From: Flectonema sp. DT1601
Lineage: Eukaryota
Direction: 5' to 3'
NCBI GenBank assembly: GCA_964019425.1
Contig: OZ025785.1
Coordinates: 1,674,001-1,732,528 of the forward strand
Length of the DNA: 58,528 nt
The notes beneath the pieces are model-generated. The model saw only the letters and a program-made list of their open reading frames with translations. It did not search any database and had not been told where the DNA came from. Shown here one piece after another: positions 1 to 11,484 of the stretch; position 1 is the stretch's first letter; each line of letters opens with the position of its first letter. The translations under genes and the position numbers were made by a program.

Positions 1-2087
1 TTTCCTTTTTTTTAATTTTAATTTTAATTTTAATTTTTTGTTTTTTTTCAACACACTCGCAAGTAAAAACCCTTCTTCCCTTTCCTCATCGTTGAGTAAC
101 TTTTCACACTCACTCACCGTTTTAATCTCATTAGGGTGGAGGGGGGAATACTTGCACGGAGAGTTTACCTTGATATTCATTTTAGTTTTTACACGCAATG
201 CTTCACTTTTCTTAATTGGGTGGTTGTGTATGTTTTTTTCTCGTAAGGTTGGAAAGAAAGGAAATTGTCCGATTTTCCGTCGGTTGGTGTGTCTGTGGAA
301 AGATTTGTTTTGTTGGAGGAGGTTGTATGTTTCCTTTTCTGGTTTTCTGGTTTTCTGGTTTTCTTTTTTTTTTTTTTTTTTGTGAGATGTGGTTTTTAGG
401 ATGTTTATTTATCTTTTTTTTTTTTTTGGGTGTCCTTGTGTTGGATTCCAAAATGCAAATTAAGTAAAATAAAATAAAATGAATTCCTTTTTCTTTCTTT
501 CTTCTTCATTCTAATCAGTCCAGTGACCGTTGGTCCTGTCTTGATTAGTTTTGTGGTTGTCAGAAAGAAGTGACCGTGTTCCCTTTTGCCCCCGTGTTGC
601 GGGAGGTTTGTTTCTGTTTTATATTTTTGGGAAAAAGAGATGAAACCTAAGCTGTGGCAGCGACCTTTTTCTTTTCTTCAATTTGATTCTTTCATTTTGA
701 CTTCTGTTTGTGTGATGTGTCACAACAACTGAGAGGAGCCAACCTGTCAGTGTTGTTGTGTATTCCGCAGACGGATTCGATTCCATCTCATTTTGGAGAT
801 GAGAGAGATGGGAGTCGATTATATTTATTTGGGTCTGCTGTTAGCACAGTTGTACTCTTTTTGTGATTTCATGTATCTTGTTGGTCATGTCTGCTTTGCT
901 TGGTTTCATCTGCTTCTGCGCGGTCCGAATTCAAGACTGCTGCTTGTTGGGTTTAGAGCAGTGGGTCTAATTAATAGTTGATAATAACTTGTTGAATGTG
1001 TGTTCCCATTATTTATTATCATCATCATCGTTCTTCCCTCAGTTCCTCTGCGAAGTCGCGGAGGGGTATGAGGAAAATGATAAATGTGATGATGATGATG
1101 AAAATGATGGGTTTTTCTTGAAAACATGTGTATTCCCTGCTTCTGTGGGTGTTTGCTTTGTTTTCTTCCCTTTCCGTTGAATATTAATTTACACTATTCT
1201 TTTCCTTTTTCCTTTTTCCTTTTATTTTTCTTTCTTGTGGGTTGTTGTTGTTATTGTTAACATTATAGTGCACAACACAACACAACCCACAAAAACACAT
1301 GCTCTCTCTCCTTCCTGTCTTCTTCTTCTTCATGTCTTCTCATGTATGTTGAAGTGTTAGGTTGGAGGGAAATCACCATCTGGCTTCTCGTTCTTCGTTT
1401 CCTCCGTTTTCGGAGTGGTTGAAGGAGAGGCGATTAATCCTTTTTTTAGGCTAATGTCCTTGTTTTGAGTTCTGTTTTGTTTTGTTTTTTTAGTTTTTTT
1501 TATTTTCATCAGTTCAGTTTATATCGAATATTTGATTGTTAGTTTTTGAGAAGTAAATGTGTTTTGAGTGATCTCCGTTGAAGATAGAGATCGTTGTAAA
1601 AGTGTTTTCTTTTTTTGTTTATTTTACCGTTGATGTGCCTTTCTTGGACAGCTTCGGGTGCATACAACCGACTCCTTCATTTTTTAATCTTCTTCAGCAA
1701 TACCCTTCCTTTTGTTTTTTAATTGTAGCCTTACATTATCATTACACCAACCTCCCCAGTTGAAGCATTGCAATTTTTAATTTCCAAAAGAATATCTGAA
1801 TCTGTGAAAGTATGTTGGGTCCTTTTTTGTTTTTATTTTTATTTTTATTTTAATTCCATCTCTTTTTTCCTTCAACCGTTTATCCTCGTTTTTCTCTTTT
1901 CGAGTACAGGATAAAGAAGGAAGTGAAGTGATGGCGATGAGGCAAGGAATAAAGTGTTTTTCTTAAAAAAAAATAAAAATAAGGCAAGTAACATGGGGGA
2001 AACTTTCCCTGTGTAATCTTCAAAAAAATAAAAAAAAAATAAAAAAAAGGGGTTCCACTCCCCGCTAATCAAAAAAAAAACAAACAA

Positions 2088-2131
2088 ATACATACATACA
2101 TACATACATACATACATACATACATACATAC
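2088..2131 (+). repeat. (ATAC)n microsatellite, length-polymorphic among units
   Basis: 11 copies in units 1 and 5, 10 in units 2 and 6, 4 in most others, and a longer variant with an extra GTAC in the last unit (~56610-56645). Confidence 0.9.
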
Positions 2132-2440
2132 GTACATAAATAAAAAAAAACAACCAAGAAAAATAAAAATAATAATAACAAACAAAAAAATATAAATAGC
2201 AGGGGAACCTCCCTGTGAAAATAAAATAAAAAAAAAATACAAAAAAAGGGTTCCACTTCCCTAATAATTGATGTGTCTCAAAACGTTTGTTGATGTTGTT
2301 CAGATTATTGTCTTCTACAGGTTCAGGAAATTTAATGAAAGCCACAAGATGGAGAACAGCAGGGAGGAGGGGGTTCGTTGGGGGGAATAATGTGTTTTGT
2401 TTTATTGGGACCCTGAGTACGAGTGATTGGTGTATTGTTG

Positions 2441-2464
2441 TAATTATCTTTTTTATTTCCACAG
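2441..2464 (+). promoter_or_regulatory. Putative 3' splice acceptor (cis or trans) upstream of the 310-aa ORF, present in units 1-12
   Basis: T-rich tract ending TTTTTATTTCCACAG (AG at 2463-2464). A matching TTTTCCCACAG precedes the unrelated gene at 57251. Confidence 0.45.
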
Positions 2465-2496
2465 GCAGCCGTATCGAAAAGTTCTAAACCTAAATC

Positions 2497-3429
2497 ATGT
2501 TCTGGACAACGTTAACGCCGTGGGAGTCCGAGGAGGAGATCCAACGCGGTGTTGGGAATGAGAGTGGGAGAGGCACCAGTAAGCACGGTGCCTCTCCCAG
2601 AAGGGAGCATCAGAGACGGAGAGAGTCTCAGGAGAGGGAACGAAGGGACTTGCTTCGGGGAGTGAAGGACGCGATTCGTGTTTCGGAAGATCGGGAGCAG
2701 CCGGAGGAGCAGCCATCGTTGGTGCAGCCACTACTACTACCACAAGAACAAGAAGAACATCAACAGCTACAGCATCAACAGCAGCAGCCGTCACTACCAC
2801 TACCGACGTTATATCGACCAACGCAGCAGGGGGCGACTTCGACATTACAACATCAGCAACCTCAGCAAGAACAACGTAGAGGGCAACAACTGCAGCAAGA
2901 ACAACAACAACAACAACCACTACTACTTCAGCATTCAGTACCTCAGCCGCTCACATCACAGCGTGTTTGGGGCGAACCACTGGCACAACCACAACCACAA
3001 CCACAACCACAAGTACGTGCATTGTCGCTGAGCCATCCACAAGCGATGATGCCAAACAGACAACCGCGGAGTTCATTCCGAGACCGGATGACCACCGACG
3101 CACCAACGGATGGCGACTTCTTCGTGAGACAGCTTTGTGCATGTCTTCTCGCGACAGTTATTTTGTTGTTATGTGTTGTTTATTTTGCTCGTGCGAACCC
3201 CAAAGTCGTTGAAGGATTCGGGGCTTTTTTTTCCGTTTTTCTTTTCGTAGCGAAATTGTACATTTCTCTTTTCCCTCCTCCTGTACTGATCATTGCGGTG
3301 ATCAGTAGTTGGTACACGTCTACCGATTGGAAGGAATTTTTGTTTCGCTTGTGTACTTTTCCCATCCAGGTAGTCGTCTACCTGGGGGGAGTAAGTGGAT
3401 TGCTGGGAAGTCGCCAGGTTAAGAAATGA
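2497..3429 (+). CDS. Hypothetical 310-aa protein, copy 1: R/E-rich N-terminus, Q/P-rich low-complexity middle, ~3 predicted C-terminal transmembrane segments
   Basis: Longest ORF in the unit and GC-richer than the AT-rich flanks. A pyrimidine tract + CACAG lies 32 nt upstream of the ATG. Hydrophobic stretches: LCACLLATVILLLCVVYFA, FGAFFSVFLFVAKLYISLFPPPVLIIAVISSW, FLFRLCTFPIQVVVYLGGVSGLLG. No family recognised. Confidence 0.7.
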   Translation: MFWTTLTPWESEEEIQRGVGNESGRGTSKHGASPRREHQRRRESQERERRDLLRGVKDAIRVSEDREQPEEQPSLVQPLLLPQEQEEHQQLQHQQQQPSLPLPTLYRPTQQGATSTLQHQQPQQEQRRGQQLQQEQQQQQPLLLQHSVPQPLTSQRVWGEPLAQPQPQPQPQVRALSLSHPQAMMPNRQPRSSFRDRMTTDAPTDGDFFVRQLCACLLATVILLLCVVYFARANPKVVEGFGAFFSVFLFVAKLYISLFPPPVLIIAVISSWYTSTDWKEFLFRLCTFPIQVVVYLGGVSGLLGSRQVKK

Positions 3430-3566
3430 TCTGAACCATCTCCACCTTGGGTTCGAATTGTTTTTGGATCGACTTTTCATCTTCTTCATCTTGTTGTTGT
3501 TTTTTTGATATTCCCTTCGTTTGTGTTGCTCTCGTCACTCATTGGCTCTTGTTATGCCAGAACATT

Positions 3567-3590
3567 AAAAAAAAAAAAAAAAAAAAAAAA
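3567..3590 (+). repeat. A24 homopolymer ~140 nt downstream of the 310-aa ORF stop (each complete unit)
   Basis: Directly visible. Confidence 0.9.
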
Positions 3591-6539
3591 GAAGTATTAA
3601 TCGACTTGTTTTTCAGTTCTTTTTAATTTTTATATAAACATTGCACGCAGGGATTGCTCGGAGTAACTTCACCCATTTGAAAATCTCCTGGCAACCCCTG
3701 CGTGCATTGGGGTTTTGGGGTTCTTTTTTCTTTTGTACAAATAACCGGAAGTCATTTTCACCTAATTTAATATCTTCCGGGTACTGCTTTAATTTGTTCT
3801 GTTTTGTTAATTTTCTTGAAAAGAATACTTGCCCTCCATAATAGCGACTGTACTTCCTGTCTCGATCGTCCAATCCCACACCCAAACCCATAGCCACCAA
3901 AAAAAATAAACAAATAAATAATAGTAATTAAAAAAAAAAAAAACTTCACCGACCATTCTTCATGTTTTTTCTCAATTTCGCACATCCCAATCTCTGCCCC
4001 TCTTTTTTCAGGTGTACAGTCGCTGAATGAATATTAGTGTCTTGCCTTTTCCTTTTTTTTAATTTTAATTTTAATTTTAATTTTTTGTTTTTTTTCAACA
4101 CACTCGCAAGTAAAAACCCTTCTTCCCTTTCCTCATCGTTGAGTAACTTTTCACACTCACTCACCGTTTTAATCTCATTAGGGTGGAGGGGGGAATACTT
4201 GCACGGAGAGTTTACCTTGATATTCATTTTAGTTTTTACACGCAATGCTTCACTTTTCTTAATTGGGTGGTTGTGTATGTTTTTTTCTCGTAAGGTTGGA
4301 AAGAAAGGAAATTGTCCGATTTTCCGTCGGTTGGTGTGTCTGTGGAAAGATTTGTTTTGTTGGAGGAGGTTGTATGTTTCCTTTTCTGGTTTTCTGGTTT
4401 TCTGGTTTTCTTTTTTTTTTTTTTTTTTGTGAGATGTGGTTTTTAGGATGTTTATTTATCTTTTTTTTTTTTTTGGGTGTCCTTGTGTTGGATTCCAAAA
4501 TGCAAATTAAGTAAAATAAAATAAAATGAATTCCTTTTTCTTTCTTTCTTCTTCATTCTAATCAGTCCAGTGACCGTTGGTCCTGTCTTGATTAGTTTTG
4601 TGGTTGTCAGAAAGAAGTGACCGTGTTCCCTTTTGCCCCCGTGTTGCGGGAGGTTTGTTTCTGTTTTATATTTTTGGGAAAAAGAGATGAAACCTAAGCT
4701 GTGGCAGCGACCTTTTTCTTTTCTTCAATTTGATTCTTTCATTTTGACTTCTGTTTGTGTGATGTGTCACAACAACTGAGAGGAGCCAACCTGTCAGTGT
4801 TGTTGTGTATTCCGCAGACGGATTCGATTCCATCTCATTTTGGAGATGAGAGAGATGGGAGTCGATTATATTTATTTGGGTCTGCTGTTAGCACAGTTGT
4901 ACTCTTTTTGTGATTTCATGTATCTTGTTGGTCATGTCTGCTTTGCTTGGTTTCATCTGCTTCTGCGCGGTCCGAATTCAAGACTGCTGCTTGTTGGGTT
5001 TAGAGCAGTGGGTCTAATTAATAGTTGATAATAACTTGTTGAATGTGTGTTCCCATTATTTATTATCATCATCATCGTTCTTCCCTCAGTTCCTCTGCGA
5101 AGTCGCGGAGGGGTATGAGGAAAATGATAAATGTGATGATGATGATGAAAATGATGGGTTTTTCTTGAAAACATGTGTATTCCCTGCTTCTGTGGGTGTT
5201 TGCTTTGTTTTCTTCCCTTTCCGTTGAATATTAATTTACACTATTCTTTTCCTTTTTCCTTTTTCCTTTTATTTTTCTTTCTTGTGGGTTGTTGTTGTTA
5301 TTGTTAACATTATAGTGCACAACACAACACAACCCACAAAAACACATGCTCTCTCTCCTTCCTGTCTTCTTCTTCTTCATGTCTTCTCATGTATGTTGAA
5401 GTGTTAGGTTGGAGGGAAATCACCATCTGGCTTCTCGTTCTTCGTTTCCTCCGTTTTCGGAGTGGTTGAAGGAGAGGCGATTAATCCTTTTTTTAGGCTA
5501 ATGTCCTTGTTTTGAGTTCTGTTTTGTTTTGTTTTTTTAGTTTTTTTTATTTTCATCAGTTCAGTTTATATCGAATATTTGATTGTTAGTTTTTGAGAAG
5601 TAAATGTGTTTTGAGTGATCTCCGTTGAAGATAGAGATCGTTGTAAAAGTGTTTTCTTTTTTTGTTTATTTTACCGTTGATGTGCCTTTCTTGGACAGCT
5701 TCGGGTGCATACAACCGACTCCTTCATTTTTTAATCTTCTTCAGCAATACCCTTCCTTTTGTTTTTTAATTGTAGCCTTACATTATCATTACACCAACCT
5801 CCCCAGTTGAAGCATTGCAATTTTTAATTTCCAAAAGAATATCTGAATCTGTGAAAGTATGTTGGGTCCTTTTTTGTTTTTATTTTTATTTTTATTTTAA
5901 TTCCATCTCTTTTTTCCTTCAACCGTTTATCCTCGTTTTTCTCTTTTCGAGTACAGGATAAAGAAGGAAGTGAAGTGATGGCGATGAGGCAAGGAATAAA
6001 GTGTTTTTCTTAAAAAAAAATAAAAATAAGGCAAGTAACATGGGGGAAACTTTCCCTGTGTAATCTTCAAAAAAATAAAAAAAAAATAAAAAAAAGGGGT
6101 TCCACTCCCCGCTAATCAAAAAAAAAACAAACAAATACATACATACATACATACATACATACATACATACATACGTACATAAATAAAAAAAAACAACCAA
6201 GAAAAATAAAAATAATAATAACAAACAAAAAAATATAAATAGCAGGGGAACCTCCCTGTGAAAATAAAATAAAAAAAAAATACAAAAAAAGGGTTCCACT
6301 TCCCTAATAATTGATGTGTCTCAAAACGTTTGTTGATGTTGTTCAGATTATTGTCTTCTACAGGTTCAGGAAATTTAATGAAAGCCACAAGATGGAGAAC
6401 AGCAGGGAGGAGGGGGTTCGTTGGGGGGAATAATGTGTTTTGTTTTATTGGGACCCTGAGTACGAGTGATTGGTGTATTGTTGTAATTATCTTTTTTATT
6501 TCCACAGGCAGCCGTATCGAAAAGTTCTAAACCTAAATC

Positions 6540-7472
6540 ATGTTCTGGACAACGTTAACGCCGTGGGAGTCCGAGGAGGAGATCCAACGCGGTGTTGGGA
6601 ATGAGAGTGGGAGAGGCACCAGTAAGCACGGTGCCTCTCCCAGAAGGGAGCATCAGAGACGGAGAGAGTCTCAGGAGAGGGAACGAAGGGACTTGCTTCG
6701 GGGAGTGAAGGACGCGATTCGTGTTTCGGAAGATCGGGAGCAGCCGGAGGAGCAGCCATCGTTGGTGCAGCCACTACTACTACCACAAGAACAAGAAGAA
6801 CATCAACAGCTACAGCATCAACAGCAGCAGCCGTCACTACCACTACCGACGTTATATCGACCAACGCAGCAGGGGGCGACTTCGACATTACAACATCAGC
6901 AACCTCAGCAAGAACAACGTAGAGGGCAACAACTGCAGCAAGAACAACAACAACAACAACCACTACTACTTCAGCATTCAGTACCTCAGCCGCTCACATC
7001 ACAGCGTGTTTGGGGCGAACCACTGGCACAACCACAACCACAACCACAACCACAAGTACGTGCATTGTCGCTGAGCCATCCACAAGCGATGATGCCAAAC
7101 AGACAACCGCGGAGTTCATTCCGAGACCGGATGACCACCGACGCACCAACGGATGGCGACTTCTTCGTGAGACAGCTTTGTGCATGTCTTCTCGCGACAG
7201 TTATTTTGTTGTTATGTGTTGTTTATTTTGCTCGTGCGAACCCCAAAGTCGTTGAAGGATTCGGGGCTTTTTTTTCCGTTTTTCTTTTCGTAGCGAAATT
7301 GTACATTTCTCTTTTCCCTCCTCCTGTACTGATCATTGCGGTGATCAGTAGTTGGTACACGTCTACCGATTGGAAGGAATTTTTGTTTCGCTTGTGTACT
7401 TTTCCCATCCAGGTAGTCGTCTACCTGGGGGGAGTAAGTGGATTGCTGGGAAGTCGCCAGGTTAAGAAATGA
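6540..7472 (+). CDS. Hypothetical 310-aa Q-rich membrane protein, copy 2
   Basis: Translation identical to copy 1 in the ORF track. Confidence 0.7.
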   Translation: MFWTTLTPWESEEEIQRGVGNESGRGTSKHGASPRREHQRRRESQERERRDLLRGVKDAIRVSEDREQPEEQPSLVQPLLLPQEQEEHQQLQHQQQQPSLPLPTLYRPTQQGATSTLQHQQPQQEQRRGQQLQQEQQQQQPLLLQHSVPQPLTSQRVWGEPLAQPQPQPQPQVRALSLSHPQAMMPNRQPRSSFRDRMTTDAPTDGDFFVRQLCACLLATVILLLCVVYFARANPKVVEGFGAFFSVFLFVAKLYISLFPPPVLIIAVISSWYTSTDWKEFLFRLCTFPIQVVVYLGGVSGLLGSRQVKK

Positions 7473-10400
7473 TCTGAACCATCTCCACCTTGGGTTCGAA
7501 TTGTTTTTGGATCGACTTTTCATCTTCTTCATCTTGTTGTTGTTTTTTTGATATTCCCTTCGTTTGTGTTGCTCTCGTCACTCATTGGCTCTTGTTATGC
7601 CAGAACATTAAAAAAAAAAAAAAAAAAAAAAAAGAAGTATTAATCGACTTGTTTTTCAGTTCTTTTTAATTTTTATATAAACATTGCACGCAGGGATTGC
7701 TCGGAGTAACTTCACCCATTTGAAAATCTCCTGGCAACCCCTGCGTGCATTGGGGTTTTGGGGTTCTTTTTTCTTTTGTACAAATAACCGGAAGTCATTT
7801 TCACCTAATTTAATATCTTCCGGGTACTGCTTTAATTTGTTCTGTTTTGTTAATTTTCTTGAAAAGAATACTTGCCCTCCATAATAGCGACTGTACTTCC
7901 TGTCTCGATCGTCCAATCCCACACCCAAACCCATAGCCACCAAAAAAAATAAACAAATAAATAATAGTAATTAAAAAAAAAAAAAACTTCACCGACCATT
8001 CTTCATGTTTTTTCTCAATTTCGCACATCCCAATCTCTGCCCCTCTTTTTTCAGGTGTACAGTCGCTGAATGAATATTAGTGTCTTGCCTTTTCCTTTTT
8101 TTTAATTTTAATTTTAATTTTAATTTTTTGTTTTTTTTCAACACACTCGCAAGTAAAAACCCTTCTTCCCTTTCCTCATCGTTGAGTAACTTTTCACACT
8201 CACTCACCGTTTTAATCTCATTAGGGTGGAGGGGGGAATACTTGCACGGAGAGTTTACCTTGATATTCATTTTAGTTTTTACACGCAATGCTTCACTTTT
8301 CTTAATTGGGTGGTTGTGTATGTTTTTTTCTCGTAAGGTTGGAAAGAAAGGAAATTGTCCGATTTTCCGTCGGGTTGGTGTGTCTGTGGAAAGATTTGTT
8401 TTGTTGGAGGAGGTTGTATGTTTCCTTTTCTGGTTTTCTGGTTTTCTTTTTTTTTTTTTTTTTTGTGAGATGTGGTTTTTAGGATGTTTATTTATCTTTT
8501 TTTTTTTTTTGGGTGTCCTTGTGTTGGATTCCAAAATGCAAATTAAGTAAAATAAAATAAAATGAATTCCTTTTTCTTTCTTTCTTCTTCATTCTAATCA
8601 GTCCAGTGACCGTTGGTCCTGTCTTGATTAGTTTTGTGGTTGTCAGAAAGAAGTGACCGTGTTCCCTTTTGCCCCCGTGTTGCGGGAGGTTTGTTTCTGT
8701 TTTATATTTTTGGGAAAAAGAGATGAAACCTAAGCTGTGGCAGCGACCTTTTTCTTTTCTTCAATTTGATTCTTTCATTTTGACTTCTGTTTGTGTGATG
8801 TGTCACAACAACTGAGAGGAGCCAACCTGTCAGTGTTGTTGTGTATTCCGCAGACGGATTCGATTCCATCTCATTTTGGAGATGAGAGAGATGGGAGTCG
8901 ATTATATTTATTTGGGTCTGCTGTTAGCACAGTTGTACTCTTTTTGTGATTTCATGTATCTTGTTGGTCATGTCTGCTTTGCTTGGTTTCATCTGCTTCT
9001 GCGCGGTCCGAATTCAAGACTGCTGCTTGTTGGGTTTAGAGCAGTGGGTCTAATTAATAGTTGATAATAACTTGTTGAATGTGTGTTCCCATTATTTATT
9101 ATCATCATCATCGTTCTTCCCTCAGTTCCTCTGCGAAGTCGCGGAGGGGTATGAGGAAAATGATAAATGTGATGATGATGATGAAAATGATGGGTTTTTC
9201 TTGAAAACATGTGTATTCCCTGCTTCTGTGGGTGTTTGCTTTGTTTTCTTCCCTTTCCGTTGAATATTAATTTACACTATTCTTTTCCTTTTTCCTTTTT
9301 CCTTTTATTTTTCTTTCTTGTGGGTTGTTGTTGTTATTGTTAACATTATAGTGCACAACACAACACAACCCACAAAAACACATGCTCTCTCTCCTTCCTG
9401 TCTTCTTCTTCTTCATGTCTTCTCATGTATGTTGAAGTGTTAGGTTGGAGGGAAATCACCATCTGGCTTCTCGTTCTTCGTTTCCTCCGTTTTCGGAGTG
9501 GTTGAAGGAGAGGCGATTAATCCTTTTTTTAGGCTAATGTCCTTGTTTTGAGTTCTGTTTTGTTTTGTTTTTTTAGTTTTTTTTATTTTCATCAGTTCAG
9601 TTTATATCGAATATTTGATTGTTAGTTTTTGAGAAGTAAATGTGTTTTGAGTGATCTCCGTTGAAGATAGAGATCGTTGTAAAAGTGTTTTCTTTTTTTG
9701 TTTATTTTACCGTTGATGTGCCTTTCTTGGACAGCTTCGGGTGCATACAACCGACTCCTTCATTTTTTAATCTTCTTCAGCAATACCCTTCCTTTTGTTT
9801 TTTAATTGTAGCCTTACATTATCATTACACCAACCTCCCCAGTTGAAGCATTGCAATTTTTAATTTCCAAAAGAATATCTGAATCTGTGAAAGTGTGTTG
9901 GGTCCTTTTTTGTTTTTATTTTTATTTTTATTTTAATTCCATCTCTTTTTTCCTTCAACCGTTTATCCTCGTTTTTCTCTTTTCGAGTACAGGATAAAGA
10001 AGGAAGTGAAGTGATGGCGATGAGGCAAGGAATAAAGTGTTTTTCTTAAAAAAAAATAAAAATAAGGCAAGTAACATGGGGGAAACTTTCCCTGTGTAAT
10101 CTTCAAAAAAATAAAAAAAAAATAAAAAAAAGGGGTTCCACTCCCCGCTAATCAAAAAAAAAACAAACAAATACATACATACATACGTACATAAATAAAA
10201 AAAAACAACCAAGAAAAATAAAAATAATAATAACAAACAAAAAAATATAAATAGCAGGGGAACCTCCCTGTGAAAATAAAATAAAAAAAAAATACAAAAA
10301 AAGGGTTCCACTTCCCTAATAATTGATGTGTCTCAAAACGTTTGTTGATGTTGTTCAGATTATTGTCTTCTACAGGTTCAGGAAATTTAATGAAAGCCAC

Positions 10401-10551
10401 AAGATGGAGAACAGCAGGGAGGAGGGGGTTCGTTGGGGGGAATAATGTGTTTTGTTTTATTGGGACCCTGAGTACGAGTGATTGGTGTATTGTTGTAATT
10501 ATCTTTTTTATTTCCACAGGCAGCCGTATCGAAAAGTTCTAAACCTAAATC

Positions 10552-11484
10552 ATGTTCTGGACAACGTTAACGCCGTGGGAGTCCGAGGAGGAGATCCAAC
10601 GCGGTGTTGGGAATGAGAGTGGGAGAGGCACCAGTAAGCACGGTGCCTCTCCCAGAAGGGAGCATCAGAGACGGAGAGAGTCTCAGGAGAGGGAACGAAG
10701 GGACTTGCTTCGGGGAGTGAAGGACGCGATTCGTGTTTCGGAAGATCGGGAGCAGCCGGAGGAGCAGCCATCGTTGGTGCAGCCACTACTACTACCACAA
10801 GAACAAGAAGAACATCAACAGCTACAGCATCAACAGCAGCAGCCGTCACTACCACTACCGACGTTATATCGACCAACGCAGCAGGGGGCGACTTCGACAT
10901 TACAACATCAGCAACCTCAGCAAGAACAACGTAGAGGGCAACAACTGCAGCAAGAACAACAACAACAACAACCACTACTACTTCAGCATTCAGTACCTCA
11001 GCCGCTCACATCACAGCGTGTTTGGGGCGAACCACTGGCACAACCACAACCACAACCACAACCACAAGTACGTGCATTGTCGCTGAGCCATCCACAAGCG
11101 ATGATGCCAAACAGACAACCGCGGAGTTCATTCCGAGACCGGATGACCACCGACGCACCAACGGATGGCGACTTCTTCGTGAGACAGCTTTGTGCATGTC
11201 TTCTCGCGACAGTTATTTTGTTGTTATGTGTTGTTTATTTTGCTCGTGCGAACCCCAAAGTCGTTGAAGGATTCGGGGCTTTTTTTTCCGTTTTTCTTTT
11301 CGTAGCGAAATTGTACATTTCTCTTTTCCCTCCTCCTGTACTGATCATTGCGGTGATCAGTAGTTGGTACACGTCTACCGATTGGAAGGAATTTTTGTTT
11401 CGCTTGTGTACTTTTCCCATCCAGGTAGTCGTCTACCTGGGGGGAGTAAGTGGATTGCTGGGAAGTCGCCAGGTTAAGAAATGA
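10552..11484 (+). CDS. Hypothetical 310-aa Q-rich membrane protein, copy 3
   Basis: Translation identical to copy 1. Confidence 0.7.
   Translation: MFWTTLTPWESEEEIQRGVGNESGRGTSKHGASPRREHQRRRESQERERRDLLRGVKDAIRVSEDREQPEEQPSLVQPLLLPQEQEEHQQLQHQQQQPSLPLPTLYRPTQQGATSTLQHQQPQQEQRRGQQLQQEQQQQQPLLLQHSVPQPLTSQRVWGEPLAQPQPQPQPQVRALSLSHPQAMMPNRQPRSSFRDRMTTDAPTDGDFFVRQLCACLLATVILLLCVVYFARANPKVVEGFGAFFSVFLFVAKLYISLFPPPVLIIAVISSWYTSTDWKEFLFRLCTFPIQVVVYLGGVSGLLGSRQVKK

Noticed and set aside
38..2487. Many 60-196 aa ORFs on both strands in each unit
   Set aside because: They are F/K/L-rich translations of homopolymers and microsatellites. Their frames change between units with non-triplet indels, so they are not under coding constraint.
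2495..3489. Overlapping alternative-frame and antisense ORFs (poly-V, poly-T, poly-N/H) over the 310-aa gene
   Set aside because: Shadows of the CAA/CCA-rich repeats in the main ORF.
3430..3590. Intronless ORF plus A24 as a processed retrogene
   Set aside because: Long A/T homopolymers are common throughout the unit, I found no flanking TSD, and a genomic acceptor-like site is retained upstream.
3707..3722. TTGGGGTTTTGGGGTT telomere-like sequence (also a single TTAGGG near 131)
   Set aside because: Only 1-2 copies, which is expected by chance in low-complexity DNA.
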